Source: a virus. From it: 64,000 nt of DNA. The stretch lies in IMG/VR virus record IMGVR_UViG_3300023444_000001, positions 17,938 through 81,937 of that record. One strand, given 5' to 3'. The first letter of the stretch is position 1. Each line of letters opens with the position of its first letter. The notes under the pieces were generated by a model. It saw only the letters and a program-made list of their open reading frames with translations, was not told the origin of the DNA and made no database searches. A program made the position numbers and the translations under genes. Of the stretch, positions 1 to 10,387 are shown piece by piece.

Positions 1-6
1 ACATAT

Positions 7-3000
7 TCAGTCTTTGGAGTTGATATAATTCTTCCCTTCAACTCTATCACCAAAAACTTTTTTTAATTCTTTTTCCAATTTTGAATTTCGAACTCGAATA
101 ATTTTCACATCCTCAAAGTTTATTCCTCCCTCATGCACAAATTGAACTTCTTTCCGAAATACATTTGAAGCAATTTTCTTCCCTTTAACCTCCAAATTCC
201 CAGTTACCCCTTTATATAAATTTTCTACCCCAGAAAAAGTTTGCCCCTTAATTTTAAACAAAGTTTCCTTCTGAAAAAAGATATCTTTATCCAATACAAA
301 TTTGAACTCTCTATTTTTTCCGACAAATTTCGAGAAATCTAATTCTCCTCCTATCTTTCCCTCTTCTTCTAATGTAGTTGGAATCCTCTTAAACCATAAA
401 GCCTTCATTCCATCTTCACTTTTCAAATTCAAAATAATAGGCTTCAATTCTCTATCTATTGTCTCCACCATCTTTTCTCTTGGAACTGACTCAATATAAA
501 ACTTTTTCAAATTATCTAACATCTCCGACATGAATGTATCACCAATATCTTCCTGCTTTATAGGAATTAACTCCGAAAATCTCTTTGTAGCAAAAATCCT
601 ATTACGAGCCATAATATCTATTGGAGAATCAGAAGTCAAAATATAACTATAGACATCCCTATCCTGACCCAAACGAAAATTTCTCCCATTTCTCTGAATA
701 AATGTCTTAAAATTCTTCGGCAAATCAAGATGAATTGTAACTTTAGCCATTTGAACATTTATTCCTTCAGACTTTGCTGAAGTTAGAATCAAAAATTTCT
801 GCTCTGGAATTTCTGAAAACTTCTTGAGAATCTTTTGCACATCCATATTCTTTGTAGAACCTGTTAAAGCAACAGCCCTATCCTTCCCAAGAAAATTCCT
901 CAAATTCTTTGCTACTTCATTTGATTCTGTATGAATTATAATCTTATCATCGGGATGTTTCTTAGCAATTTTCAAAATTTCCTTATAAAAAGCATTATCT
1001 TTCCCTGAACCAGAACGCAAAACCTTCATTAAATCGTGCCGCCTATGTGTTTCTAATTGAACTAATTCTTTTGTTGCTCCCTTTCTAATCAACTCCTGCT
1101 TCTTAATTTCATACATTTTTTCCAAATTTCTATATTCCATTTTTTGAACTTTAGTCAACTTTACCTTTATTAACTGTTTATTTCTCATTTCAACAGGTAA
1201 AGCCTCATTAAAATAATCAATCAATCTGATCCCTCTTATTGGAGCCTTTGCAACAAATATTGAATCATCGAACAAACTATTAAATGTCTTAACCATCAAA
1301 GGCCGAGCAAAGTTATTCTCTGTTGTCAACCCACCAAAAACTCTTCCTCCAAATTTTGCCCCAGAAAACATATCGACAAATTCTCTCTTTGTCATTCCTG
1401 TTTTTCCGGGCTGTAACCATTCAATAGTATCCCACATCTGCCCAATATTATCCTTTATAGCCGTACCAGTAAGACCAACCTTATATTTAATCCTTTTTGA
1501 AACCAAATCTCTTAAAATCCTTGATTCTTTAGAATATGCTTCATAATCAAACACATCCCCAACAGGAGTTAAATCATGAATTTCATCTATAACAACCATA
1601 TCATACTTCATCCGTAATTCTTTAACCAATGAAGCCGCATCCTTATGTGTTATCACATCTATTTTATACTTACCAGGATTTTTCAACATTTTCAACTCTA
1701 TGTCTCTTTTCCCTGAAATCAATCTTCCCTTATATTTACTAAACTTTTTAATCTCACTAACCCAATTCATTTTTGTTCCTGATGGAACTACAACTAAAGC
1801 CCTTTTTACTTTTCCTGCTGAAATTAAATCTGAAATAGCAGAAATAGATGTCGGAGTTTTTCCAAATCCCACTCCAGCATTGAGTAAAACATTTTTCTGC
1901 TGAACAATAAATTCCTCTGCCGCCCTTTGAACTGGTTTCAAAGTTATACCTTCTTTAATACCCAAAATCTTTCTATCAAATACCCCTCCCTTCAAAACAA
2001 TATTATTTTTTATATCTTCAAACTCATTTTGCCAATTTTTAATTCTCTTCCATCGAATAGCATGAATATCAAGCCATTCTTCAAAATAAAATTTCCTTCT
2101 TTCCGGAAATCCTCTAACCCATTTAGGAATAACATAATAGGCTTTCCCAGTTTTAACATTCTTCCTGATATAAACATTCAAATACCTCATAGCCTTATTA
2201 AATTCCTTTGGAGTTCCTTGACTCCACTTCAATAACAATTCGGGAGAAGGCAAATTTTTTGCCATATCTGCACTTATACCCCAATCTATCAAAGTTTTAC
2301 TTCTTGAACGATAAGGCCAAATCCTATTAGTATAATTTATAAACTCTGATCCACCCAAACTATATGGATCACTCTTAACAAGAGCATCTCTAACAATAGC
2401 ATTTACTATCTCATCAGGAGGAATAAATTTTACAGGAATAAATCTTTCATCATCAATATCTAAAACATCAATTCCAATTTTTTTTAATTCATCTCTTGAA
2501 CCCACATAAGCAATTTCCTTAACCCCATCTCTTGCTTCCGTTATAGCCTCTGGAGTAAAAGATTTCAATGAACCTTTAACTCTAAAAAAGACTTTATGAT
2601 ATTTTTCTGGATTTATCTTAAACTGGTAAAATTTACCTATTTTTCCAAGTATTCCATCTTTTTTAACCTGCAAACCTAAAGTTTCTAATCTTCGCAATGC
2701 AGTTTCTCTTGTTTTTCCAAGTACAACAAAAACATCCTTTGGAGACATTAAAGCCAACCGAATCTGATCTACAGCATTCATACTACCCAGTATTCCACCT
2801 AATTCACTTTGTGCTTGTGAAAATAAACTATCAGCAATTACTCTTGAAGCATTTTTTCCTTTGAATCCAGCCTTTCTCATAGTCCGCAAAGTTGAATATC
2901 CATCATTAAGTAATCCATCAACACTCTTCAATCCACGCTTTGTATAAATTCCAATTCTTTGATGAGTAACCAACTTATCTAAAACCTCTAATAATTTTTT

Positions 3001-4332
3001 TCTGTCCACAGTTTTTGTACTTTGTTTTATTGCTTCAACAAGAACTTGACTTGCATTTTCAACTCCAAGCAAATTAAACTTTTCCCAAGTAAATGCTGGT
3101 TGCCCCAAAAGTTGAAAAGCAATTCCATTCATAGCATCAAAAGCACCTCTTTTGACCGGAAGAGAAAAAGCCGCATTTACAAAATTCTCTACCTCATAAT
3201 AATTACTATTTATAGCCTCCTTCAATTCACTCTCTGATTTCTTAAGAAGAACTTTTGCAAATGTTTTCATCCTACCCTTTCCCCCAACAGACTCCATTTT
3301 TGCAACTTCTCTAACCAAAGACCGAAATGTAGGCCCACTCATTTTATCTAATAAAGCAAGAGTCTCACCTGAAGCAAACCTTTTTGCTCGTTCAATAACA
3401 ATAGAAGGTAATCCTTTATGAACTAAATCTCTTGGAGAAAATTCTTGAGGAGATAATCCAGCCCTTTCAAAGGCTTCTCTTCTACGAGCCATAAGAGCCG
3501 TATAGACTGGACTTAATCCACATTGACAATATGGATGGGGAAATGTTGGGGCCTCATCAGTATAATATACCCCTCGAAGAGAAAGATTTCCAACAGAAAG
3601 ACCCTCTCCTTCAAGAGGTGTTGCATTAGCCAATTTTTCACAAATCTCTACTCCATGTTGATCCAAATGATTTGAAGACAAATCCCACTTAACAAGAGGA
3701 ACTCCCCTTTCTTTTGAAAAAAGAACAGTAGCCTCCTGATAAGCCCTTCCTGCTTCTGATCTAACTAATCTTTGTCCCCATTTTAATTCTGAAGCCCCAT
3801 AAGGAGACCTTCCCGGAATATTATAAGTCAATCTTCCTTTTAACTGTTGTCTAACAAAACTAATGCTTTTCCCCTTTTTAAGAACTGAATACCCAAAAGT
3901 TCTTATACGTTTATCCAAATAATTTAATCTATCTTCAATAGTTAATCCATTAAAGGGCTTAAAATATTGCATAAAAGCCCTTTTCTTAAAATCCTTAATT
4001 TCCTCCATCGAAATTGAAGATAATCCCATTTTTCTAAAAATTCTTTGCTGATGATAAAATGCTCTGTTAATAGATTCTGAAACTGCTTTATTTGTTTTAA
4101 CCTGAAGCCCAAACATCAATTCTTTTGTATTTTGTCGAAGTATTTCTCTTGAAAACTTTTCATCCTCTCGAAGTAAAAATCTCTCACCCTTAAATGAAGA
4201 TGTAACTGTATTTGCAAGATCAGTATATGCTCCATACAAATTATCTCCAATACGTTTACTTTTTCTTACATTTATATCTAACGCATGAACAAAACGCTTT
4301 CTCTGTATTTTCGTAGATAAATACTTAGGCAC
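7..4332 (-). CDS. MuF/SPP1-gp7-like head morphogenesis protein fused to an SNF2-family ATPase
   Basis: N-terminal MuF signature (RLVRSE...ICEKLA...PHPYCQC) directly after the portal. C-terminal half has SNF2 motifs GVGFGKT, VVIDEIH, GLTGT, SEGINVQ and QRNGRNFRLGQ. Confidence 0.85.
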   Translation of the reverse strand: MPKYLSTKIQRKRFVHALDINVRKSKRIGDNLYGAYTDLANTVTSSFKGERFLLREDEKFSREILRQNTKELMFGLQVKTNKAVSESINRAFYHQQRIFRKMGLSSISMEEIKDFKKRAFMQYFKPFNGLTIEDRLNYLDKRIRTFGYSVLKKGKSISFVRQQLKGRLTYNIPGRSPYGASELKWGQRLVRSEAGRAYQEATVLFSKERGVPLVKWDLSSNHLDQHGVEICEKLANATPLEGEGLSVGNLSLRGVYYTDEAPTFPHPYCQCGLSPVYTALMARRREAFERAGLSPQEFSPRDLVHKGLPSIVIERAKRFASGETLALLDKMSGPTFRSLVREVAKMESVGGKGRMKTFAKVLLKKSESELKEAINSNYYEVENFVNAAFSLPVKRGAFDAMNGIAFQLLGQPAFTWEKFNLLGVENASQVLVEAIKQSTKTVDRKKLLEVLDKLVTHQRIGIYTKRGLKSVDGLLNDGYSTLRTMRKAGFKGKNASRVIADSLFSQAQSELGGILGSMNAVDQIRLALMSPKDVFVVLGKTRETALRRLETLGLQVKKDGILGKIGKFYQFKINPEKYHKVFFRVKGSLKSFTPEAITEARDGVKEIAYVGSRDELKKIGIDVLDIDDERFIPVKFIPPDEIVNAIVRDALVKSDPYSLGGSEFINYTNRIWPYRSRSKTLIDWGISADMAKNLPSPELLLKWSQGTPKEFNKAMRYLNVYIRKNVKTGKAYYVIPKWVRGFPERRKFYFEEWLDIHAIRWKRIKNWQNEFEDIKNNIVLKGGVFDRKILGIKEGITLKPVQRAAEEFIVQQKNVLLNAGVGFGKTPTSISAISDLISAGKVKRALVVVPSGTKMNWVSEIKKFSKYKGRLISGKRDIELKMLKNPGKYKIDVITHKDAASLVKELRMKYDMVVIDEIHDLTPVGDVFDYEAYSKESRILRDLVSKRIKYKVGLTGTAIKDNIGQMWDTIEWLQPGKTGMTKREFVDMFSGAKFGGRVFGGLTTENNFARPLMVKTFNSLFDDSIFVAKAPIRGIRLIDYFNEALPVEMRNKQLIKVKLTKVQKMEYRNLEKMYEIKKQELIRKGATKELVQLETHRRHDLMKVLRSGSGKDNAFYKEILKIAKKHPDDKIIIHTESNEVAKNLRNFLGKDRAVALTGSTKNMDVQKILKKFSEIPEQKFLILTSAKSEGINVQMAKVTIHLDLPKNFKTFIQRNGRNFRLGQDRDVYSYILTSDSPIDIMARNRIFATKRFSELIPIKQEDIGDTFMSEMLDNLKKFYIESVPREKMVETIDRELKPIILNLKSEDGMKALWFKRIPTTLEEEGKIGGELDFSKFVGKNREFKFVLDKDIFFQKETLFKIKGQTFSGVENLYKGVTGNLEVKGKKIASNVFRKEVQFVHEGGINFEDVKIIRVRNSKLEKELKKVFGDRVEGKNYINSKD

Positions 4333-5743
4333 CTACTTTCCCCTTAAACATATCAGCAAAAGTACCTCCTCGACCACTTATACTTGCTTCTTGTTCTAAT
4401 TGAGTTTTATGCTCTTTATCAATTCGAGCCAATAATTCAGATATATTTTTAATTCCAAGACGACTTAAAGCCCCTTCACGATCTATCAACCCCAAAGATA
4501 ATTCCATTTCTAACTCTTGCAACAAAGTAATTCTATCCTTGGGCAATGGGTCCTTAAATACTACCGAAGTATCATATGCTTCAAAATCATCTCCATCCTT
4601 CAATTTTGGAATTTTTTTCTTTGTCTCCAAAATCTTCAAGATAAGTCGATTTGTTCTTTCTAATCCACGTCCATACGTAAGCCTTTTTAACTTCATTCTT
4701 TCTACAAGCGGCATATATTGAACATGAAGTGCCGCCGCAGATGTATTTGAAATAGGCTGCATTTGTCCTAAAGTGGCTTCAGGAACATTAGACATCTCAT
4801 GTAAACTCTTTTTTAACAATTCCAAATACTTTATCGAAGAAGATAAATTACCTGCCAGATTCAAAAACTTAACATCTCCATCCGTTGGTATATTTGACCA
4901 AACCCGCCCCGCAGACCTAATAACATTCTTAAATGAAACTCCTTTTATAACTGTAATAGGGGCACCATAATAGGCTATTGTATCTGAAACATCCGAAATT
5001 TTCTCATTATATTCCAAATTCAAATCTATTAAATTTATCATATCACTTAAACCCCAAAATACTCCACTTATAGGCAAATTTGAAATATGCACCAAAGGAA
5101 TCTCCATAATAGGATTTTCCAATGATTCCTTTAATTCATCATCAAGGTATAATTCAATTTTATCTTCATAAAAAATCTCTTTATATTTTCTTCTAACTCT
5201 TTCTCCAGTTTCAGTATTAAACTCATATATCGGAAATTCAATTTTTACCCATATAAGTCTTTCTCTATCACCTGGACTCCATACCACATCAACTAATCTG
5301 CCATCAACGACATTTAATGTAATCTTCTGCGAAACTTCATCAAACCAAATTTTTAGCCATGAATCCCCCGTAACTCCTCCCTCTTGAACTAATTCATACA
5401 AACGTAATCCACGAAAACTATCAGAACCCCAAGCCTTTATTAAGGCTTTTTCTCCCAAAGACTCATTAACCTTCGGCAAATTAAATTCCAACCCATTTCC
5501 AATTAAAGCAAAAGAAACCTTATCTACAAATGCTCTAACAAAATTCACAGTTAATTGAGATTCTCCCTCTTTTCCCTCAAATATCCAATGCTTTCCAAGA
5601 TACCACTTCCAATATTGATTATATTTTCTCCTCCTTTGTTCAAAAGCAACATCTTGATCTTCAGAAACATAATACAGAGGACCTTTAACTGCATTTTGTC
5701 CCGACTTAGATTTGCTAAAATCTATTCTCTCATTAGTAGCCAA
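4325..5743 (-). CDS. Portal protein (SPP1 gp6-like)
   Basis: 472 aa between terminase and MuF; motifs such as NPIMEIPLVHISN...GLSD and SAAAL resemble SPP1-type portals. Confidence 0.85.
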   Translation of the reverse strand: MATNERIDFSKSKSGQNAVKGPLYYVSEDQDVAFEQRRRKYNQYWKWYLGKHWIFEGKEGESQLTVNFVRAFVDKVSFALIGNGLEFNLPKVNESLGEKALIKAWGSDSFRGLRLYELVQEGGVTGDSWLKIWFDEVSQKITLNVVDGRLVDVVWSPGDRERLIWVKIEFPIYEFNTETGERVRRKYKEIFYEDKIELYLDDELKESLENPIMEIPLVHISNLPISGVFWGLSDMINLIDLNLEYNEKISDVSDTIAYYGAPITVIKGVSFKNVIRSAGRVWSNIPTDGDVKFLNLAGNLSSSIKYLELLKKSLHEMSNVPEATLGQMQPISNTSAAALHVQYMPLVERMKLKRLTYGRGLERTNRLILKILETKKKIPKLKDGDDFEAYDTSVVFKDPLPKDRITLLQELEMELSLGLIDREGALSRLGIKNISELLARIDKEHKTQLEQEASISGRGGTFADMFKGKVGA

Positions 5744-7397
5744 ATATATACCTCCTATTTAATCTTCTCCTTCTTGCTACATCCTTAAAAATATTAAAAT
5801 CATCGTCCTGCATTTCGACCATTGTTCCATCTTTAGAAGCCAAAACCATTAAGGCTAAACTATCAGCAAAATCATCTCTTGAACCTTTAATCATCGGGTC
5901 TTTTCCACAAACCAAAAATGCTCCACGCCAAGATTTTGTCAAATTAGTAACTTGCTCCTTAAATCTTTTCCATCGAGCAAGAGATTTATCAGCCTTTTTA
6001 CCCGGAACATGAATTCTCCCCGCATTAACTTCAGTCAACAATGTTTTCCACAAAATACTCTTAGCAGATAATCCTGAAAATGGATAGCCTCTTACAACTA
6101 CACTTGAATCATATCTATCATAATAACCAATAAATCTATCCGCAACCGGATCACCTTTACCTTGACTATCAATATAAACTACTCTAACATTGTAATTATT
6201 CAAAAATTCTACTATCTGTCCAAATTGACTTTCATGATCTTCCCCAAATAATTCCAACCAATTTTCAACATACAACTGGGCATTTCCTTCCTCATCCACA
6301 GAATCTAAATCTATCTTCCCAACAGTACAAACAGTGGAACAAGGTGATTTTCCAATGTCTATTCCAGCAACATGAGTTCCCTCTTTATCTAATGTAACAA
6401 TATGCCAAGACTCATCAACCATTTTTTCAAAAAACATATCTTCAGTAATTAGTGTCCCTTGAGAAAAAAGCCATTTTATTTCATAACTCATCTTAAATTC
6501 ATCAGAATCTTCTCCTAAACGATCTTTCTCTTTCTTAATAAACTGGGCATATTTCAAATGAATAGAGTTATGATCTTTTTCATACTGTTTCTTTTTATCT
6601 CTTATGGCTATCTGATATGGTACCTCTGTATGATAATCTCCTAATCCATCCGCTTTTCTCCGCCTATTTCTCTTTACAGCATAAAAAAAATCAGATTTCA
6701 ATCTATTTGGACTTCCCGTTTTAACTATAACCCCATTATAAGCCGCAAGCATCGGATGAATTGACTTCAAAACCTGCATACTATCGGCATCTTGAGCCTC
6801 ATCAATAAAAATAAGCATATAAGTCTTACTCTCAATTAAAGCCTGTTTATTGCAAGTAGCCGCCTTACAAAATGAACCATTAGAAAGACGTAGCCCCCCA
6901 TATCTTCTATCCAAATTAAGATCAAGGTCTGGATCACTTAATATCATCTTAGCATGATCTGTTTCAATTCGCATTTTGGTCCGAAGAAATGTTGTATCTA
7001 CTTGATCTGCTCTTGGAGCAAACATACCTACCCAGATACCATTCTTATAAATCGAAAGTTTATCCGGATAATATTCTGCAAGGGTAGGTAACAAAATCAT
7101 TGCTGAACCTGTAATTCCAGCAACAGTCTCTGTTTTTCCTGATTGTCGTGCAAATAAGGCTGTTATTTCTTCTCCATTATTTAGCAATAAAGACTTGAAA
7201 ACCTTAAATGCAAACTCTTTCTCATAATCATAAAAATTTAACTTTGTCAATTTTTCCGCAAACACTATAAGCCGCTCAGCCAGAAAATTAACATCAAATT
7301 CCGGCATTTTATCCGGAACATCATTAGATTCCTGATTCTCTAATGCAACTTGAGCATTATATTTCTCTAAACTAACCCTTCGAGCAATTTTAGGCAT
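5733..7397 (-). CDS. terL: Terminase large subunit
   Basis: Walker A ARQSGKT, Walker B IFIDEAQ, RNase H-like nuclease GIDIG...DDFADS. Confidence 0.92.
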   Translation of the reverse strand: MPKIARRVSLEKYNAQVALENQESNDVPDKMPEFDVNFLAERLIVFAEKLTKLNFYDYEKEFAFKVFKSLLLNNGEEITALFARQSGKTETVAGITGSAMILLPTLAEYYPDKLSIYKNGIWVGMFAPRADQVDTTFLRTKMRIETDHAKMILSDPDLDLNLDRRYGGLRLSNGSFCKAATCNKQALIESKTYMLIFIDEAQDADSMQVLKSIHPMLAAYNGVIVKTGSPNRLKSDFFYAVKRNRRRKADGLGDYHTEVPYQIAIRDKKKQYEKDHNSIHLKYAQFIKKEKDRLGEDSDEFKMSYEIKWLFSQGTLITEDMFFEKMVDESWHIVTLDKEGTHVAGIDIGKSPCSTVCTVGKIDLDSVDEEGNAQLYVENWLELFGEDHESQFGQIVEFLNNYNVRVVYIDSQGKGDPVADRFIGYYDRYDSSVVVRGYPFSGLSAKSILWKTLLTEVNAGRIHVPGKKADKSLARWKRFKEQVTNLTKSWRGAFLVCGKDPMIKGSRDDFADSLALMVLASKDGTMVEMQDDDFNIFKDVARRRRLNRRYIFGY

Positions 7398-8365
7398 TCT
7401 TCTTTTAACTCCGCAATAATTTCATAACTTCTTAAATCCACTAAAACCAAAACATCTGGAGGTTTTTTAGGTGCCTTTTCAAGCCAAGAAAAAGCCTCCT
7501 CAATATCTCCTTTTCTTATTAAACTTCTTGCCAATATTACAAAATCTTCTCCAAAATTCGGATTCTCCAGTATATTTTTCTTAACTAAACTAATTGCATC
7601 ATCAAAATTTTCTAATCGTAAACTACTTTCTGCTTTCAATCTTCTTGCATATTGAATATTATATAAAATATAAGACTTTTTCTCTACTATATCAGCAACT
7701 TTATATCCTTCATGAAATTTTTTATGCTCAATCAATTCTCTTGCAAAATGAAGCAATAACCATCCTTCTTTATCATTCTCAAAATCTACTGCTTTTTCAA
7801 CTAAGTCTAAACTCTGTTCTCTTCTCCATTTCTCTCTTTCAAGATTTTTTCTTTTCCTGCATTCAATCCAAACTTTATCAGGAAGAATAACATCCATGAA
7901 ACCAGCACCAATCAATCTATTGTGAACATCTCCTATCCACCAACCTTTATTAACCCGCCATATTCTATTTTGAAATCCCCTAAACCTGAACCTAACTTCG
8001 TTAGTTTTTCTATGCTTATATGGTCTTCTAAAATATGAAAGAGCATATCCAGCCACTTTTTTCCCAGAATTATCTAAAAGACCTCTTAAATATTCAGAAC
8101 TTCCCCTTAAAGTTTCATCTCCATCAACCATAATAGCCCATTCAGTTTTAACAAATGAAGAACAAACATTTCTTAAATGAGCAAAAGAATTATTCCATTT
8201 CTCTTCTAAAACTTTTGCTCCAAATTGTTTTGCCAATTCTACAGTTCCATCCTTTGATCCAGTATCTAAAATCACCATATCATCAACAAAAGGCACAATA
8301 CTCTCCAATGTTTCTTTTAATTCCTCCTCTTCATCTCGTACAATCATTGATAAAGTTAAACCCAT
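7367..8365 (-). CDS. GT2 glycosyltransferase with TPR-like C-terminus
   Basis: LSMIVRDEE, ILDTGSKDGT, FAHLRN and VDGDE motifs followed by a helical repeat-like tail; overlaps the terL start. Confidence 0.85.
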   Translation of the reverse strand: MGLTLSMIVRDEEEELKETLESIVPFVDDMVILDTGSKDGTVELAKQFGAKVLEEKWNNSFAHLRNVCSSFVKTEWAIMVDGDETLRGSSEYLRGLLDNSGKKVAGYALSYFRRPYKHRKTNEVRFRFRGFQNRIWRVNKGWWIGDVHNRLIGAGFMDVILPDKVWIECRKRKNLEREKWRREQSLDLVEKAVDFENDKEGWLLLHFARELIEHKKFHEGYKVADIVEKKSYILYNIQYARRLKAESSLRLENFDDAISLVKKNILENPNFGEDFVILARSLIRKGDIEEAFSWLEKAPKKPPDVLVLVDLRSYEIIAELKEECLKLLEGLV

Positions 8366-8511
8366 ATTTTCCTTACAATATCCATAATTCGACTGCTTTT
8401 ATCAATTTTCTGATTCTTCTTATCAAAATAAGTCTTTTTATTGCTATAAAACCTGCTTGTTCTTCCATATTCAAAATCCAAATATCTGCTCCCACCCTTT
8501 CTCTTTGACAT
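8356..8511 (-). CDS. Small basic hypothetical protein (51 aa)
   Basis: Hand-translated MSKRKGGSRYLDFEYG...; packed tightly between its neighbours. Confidence 0.45.
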   Translation of the reverse strand: MSKRKGGSRYLDFEYGRTSRFYSNKKTYFDKKNQKIDKSSRIMDIVRKIWV

Positions 8512-8649
8512 TCATTTTACCTCTTTCTTCTTTTTCTTATTAGGCAAACGCTTCAAATACTTCTTTCCATACTTACGAACCCATCTTCGAGCAATTCCTG
8601 GGTGAAAAGCAAATAAAAATCTCATCTGTGCTTTTGACTTAAAAGGCAT
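8512..8649 (-). CDS. Small basic phage protein (45 aa, MPFKSKAQ...)
   Basis: Hand-translated MPFKSKAQMRFLFAFHPGIARRW...; AAGGA RBS; this N-terminus recurs in phage packaging regions. Confidence 0.6.
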   Translation of the reverse strand: MPFKSKAQMRFLFAFHPGIARRWVRKYGKKYLKRLPNKKKKKEVK

Positions 8650-8666
8650 CATTCATTCCTTTCTAC

Positions 8667-8709
8667 AAAAAATCCCCCATAAATCTCCCTTTCAGGCTAT
8701 TCATGGGGG
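8667..8709 (-). terminator. Rho-independent terminator
   Basis: Minus-strand CCCCCATGAAT...ATTTATGGGGG stem followed by ATTTTTT. Confidence 0.65.
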
Positions 8710-8740
8710 CACTATAGTCAATCTAATTATCAAACTAATA

Positions 8741-8989
8741 TTACAATATCTTTTTTCTCCTGTCAACCTTAACAACACTATATTTTCCAGATTCTATCCA
8801 TTTACGTGCTAATTCTCTATCTTCTTCCCTCCCACAATCCAAATTTCTATCTGGATACATCAGCATATCTTCCAAACAATGAGCCACTGTACCAGTATAT
8901 ATCATTCCAGGGCGTCTCCCATTTCCCCAATTAGAAATAATTGCCAACAACTCATAAACTCTTTCTCTTAACAAAGTATTTGAACCCAT
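8741..8989 (-). CDS. Hypothetical protein
   Basis: ORF-track 8741..9034; likely start MGSNTLL abutting the ruvC stop. Confidence 0.55.
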   Translation of the reverse strand: MGSNTLLRERVYELLAIISNWGNGRRPGMIYTGTVAHCLEDMLMYPDRNLDCGREEDRELARKWIESGKYSVVKVDRRKKIL

Positions 8990-9483
8990 TATTTTACTCC
9001 AACAAAATTTATTTTTAACCGTCTTCTTCCCCACTCCGCTAAAAGCAAAGCCTCAGCCAACCCATGATCTTTTCTAATCCAATCATAACTTATTTTAGGA
9101 AAAATCCTTTTAACTGCCACAAGAGATTTTCCTTTCTTATCTGACCCGGGAATACCAATTAGCATATCTCTTTTCCATTTAACCGGAGATACCAACTCAA
9201 AAGGAATTTTCAAACAAGAAAGTATTCCTATCCAAACCCCATATCCATATCCATAATTAAACATTGAAGATACACCCTGCTTCGGCATAGCCTGGGCTTT
9301 TTCTACAATAGCATAAATTTTCTTTTTCTTTGCAACCCCCAAACAAATAATCTCAACCATCTTAGACTCATCATATAATCGTTTTCCCGAAACTCTAATA
9401 AATGGACATTTAACAACTTTAATTTCTTTTTCATCAAGAAAAGCCACTGCTCCAGTTATCCCTGGATCAATCCCAATAATCAT
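8989..9483 (-). CDS. ruvC: RuvC-like Holliday junction resolvase
   Basis: IIGIDPG, VEK, SMFNYGYGYG, PVKWK, DHGLAEALLLA. Confidence 0.88.
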   Translation of the reverse strand: MIIGIDPGITGAVAFLDEKEIKVVKCPFIRVSGKRLYDESKMVEIICLGVAKKKKIYAIVEKAQAMPKQGVSSMFNYGYGYGVWIGILSCLKIPFELVSPVKWKRDMLIGIPGSDKKGKSLVAVKRIFPKISYDWIRKDHGLAEALLLAEWGRRRLKINFVGVK

Positions 9484-9674
9484 TCTTCCCTCCGTGCTTT
9501 TTCTCTCAAAAGTTTATAAGCAATCTGTATTCGCTTATCAACCTCCTTTCTCCATTTTATTCTATCTTCCTCAGATTGATTTTTTATATAAGGAGGAAGA
9601 GGCGGCCAATTAACATCTTTTAGAACTGACTTAATAGAACTCGATGATTTCTCTTTTTTCAAAAATTTTTTCAT
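9480..9674 (-). CDS. Hypothetical protein
   Basis: ORF in operon; ATGA overlap with ruvC. Confidence 0.55.
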   Translation of the reverse strand: MKKFLKKEKSSSSIKSVLKDVNWPPLPPYIKNQSEEDRIKWRKEVDKRIQIAYKLLREKARREE

Positions 9675-9677
9675 AAC

Positions 9678-9869
9678 TTATTCTTTTTCCTTTTTACAAT
9701 CAAGCATATTTCTAACCGGAATATCAACCTGTGCTCTCCAAGCCTTATCAAATCTTGAAAATTTTGGCATAGGTTCAGGCTTAACCCCTCTTACTAAATC
9801 AATACCCCTTTTATAACAATCCATACAAATAATAGCCGTCTTAACACCACATTTCCTGCACAGCATCAA
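9678..9869 (-). CDS. Small Cys-motif (Zn-ribbon-like) protein
   Basis: CRKC...CMDC; AAGGAG RBS. Confidence 0.55.
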   Translation of the reverse strand: MMLCRKCGVKTAIICMDCYKRGIDLVRGVKPEPMPKFSRFDKAWRAQVDIPVRNMLDCKKEKE

Positions 9870-9890
9870 TTTTCTCCTTTCAATTTTTTC

Positions 9891-10100
9891 TTAATGAAAC
9901 ACATAATATGCCCAAGCATATCCCAGCCCCACGCAGAGCATCCCCCACAATATCCACGGAGTAGCCCGGTCGATCATCTCGGTGATCTTGCCAGGCTGAT
10001 ATGGTGGCACATCCCGCCAATCGCCCTGGCGGACATGATCTCTAAGGTGCCAGAGTCTCAGTGCATCCCAATCTTGTCTACTACGCTCTTGTGGGTTCAT
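9891..10100 (-). CDS. Small membrane protein (C-terminal TM)
   Basis: WILWGMLCVGLGYAWAYYVF hydrophobic tail; lies in the high-GC island. Confidence 0.55.
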   Translation of the reverse strand: MNPQERSRQDWDALRLWHLRDHVRQGDWRDVPPYQPGKITEMIDRATPWILWGMLCVGLGYAWAYYVFH

Positions 10101-10387
10101 GGCTTTCCCTCCTCTATCACCCGGTTGACTGCTTCCAGGTCCGCAATCTTACGCTCCAATTCGCATCGCTGTTCGATGGCCTTCTTTAGTTCCGCCATTG
10201 CCCAATCGCGCTTGCGCTCTGTATTCTGCAGTTGTACTACAGCCTCGATATACGCCCGTCTGAGGTCCAGCACTTGTTGATCTTGGCGCAAGACCTCTAC
10301 CACGACTATGGCACGGAAGAGGTACAATATGCCTATCAGGATTCCACTGAAGGCAACTGAGCCTATGACAATTTCGTACCAATGCAC
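10097..10387 (-). CDS. N-terminal TM plus coiled-coil protein
   Basis: Probable GTG start after GGAGG; IVIGSVAFSGILIGILYLF then a coiled coil. Confidence 0.55.
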   Translation of the reverse strand: MHWYEIVIGSVAFSGILIGILYLFRAIVVVEVLRQDQQVLDLRRAYIEAVVQLQNTERKRDWAMAELKKAIEQRCELERKIADLEAVNRVIEEGKP

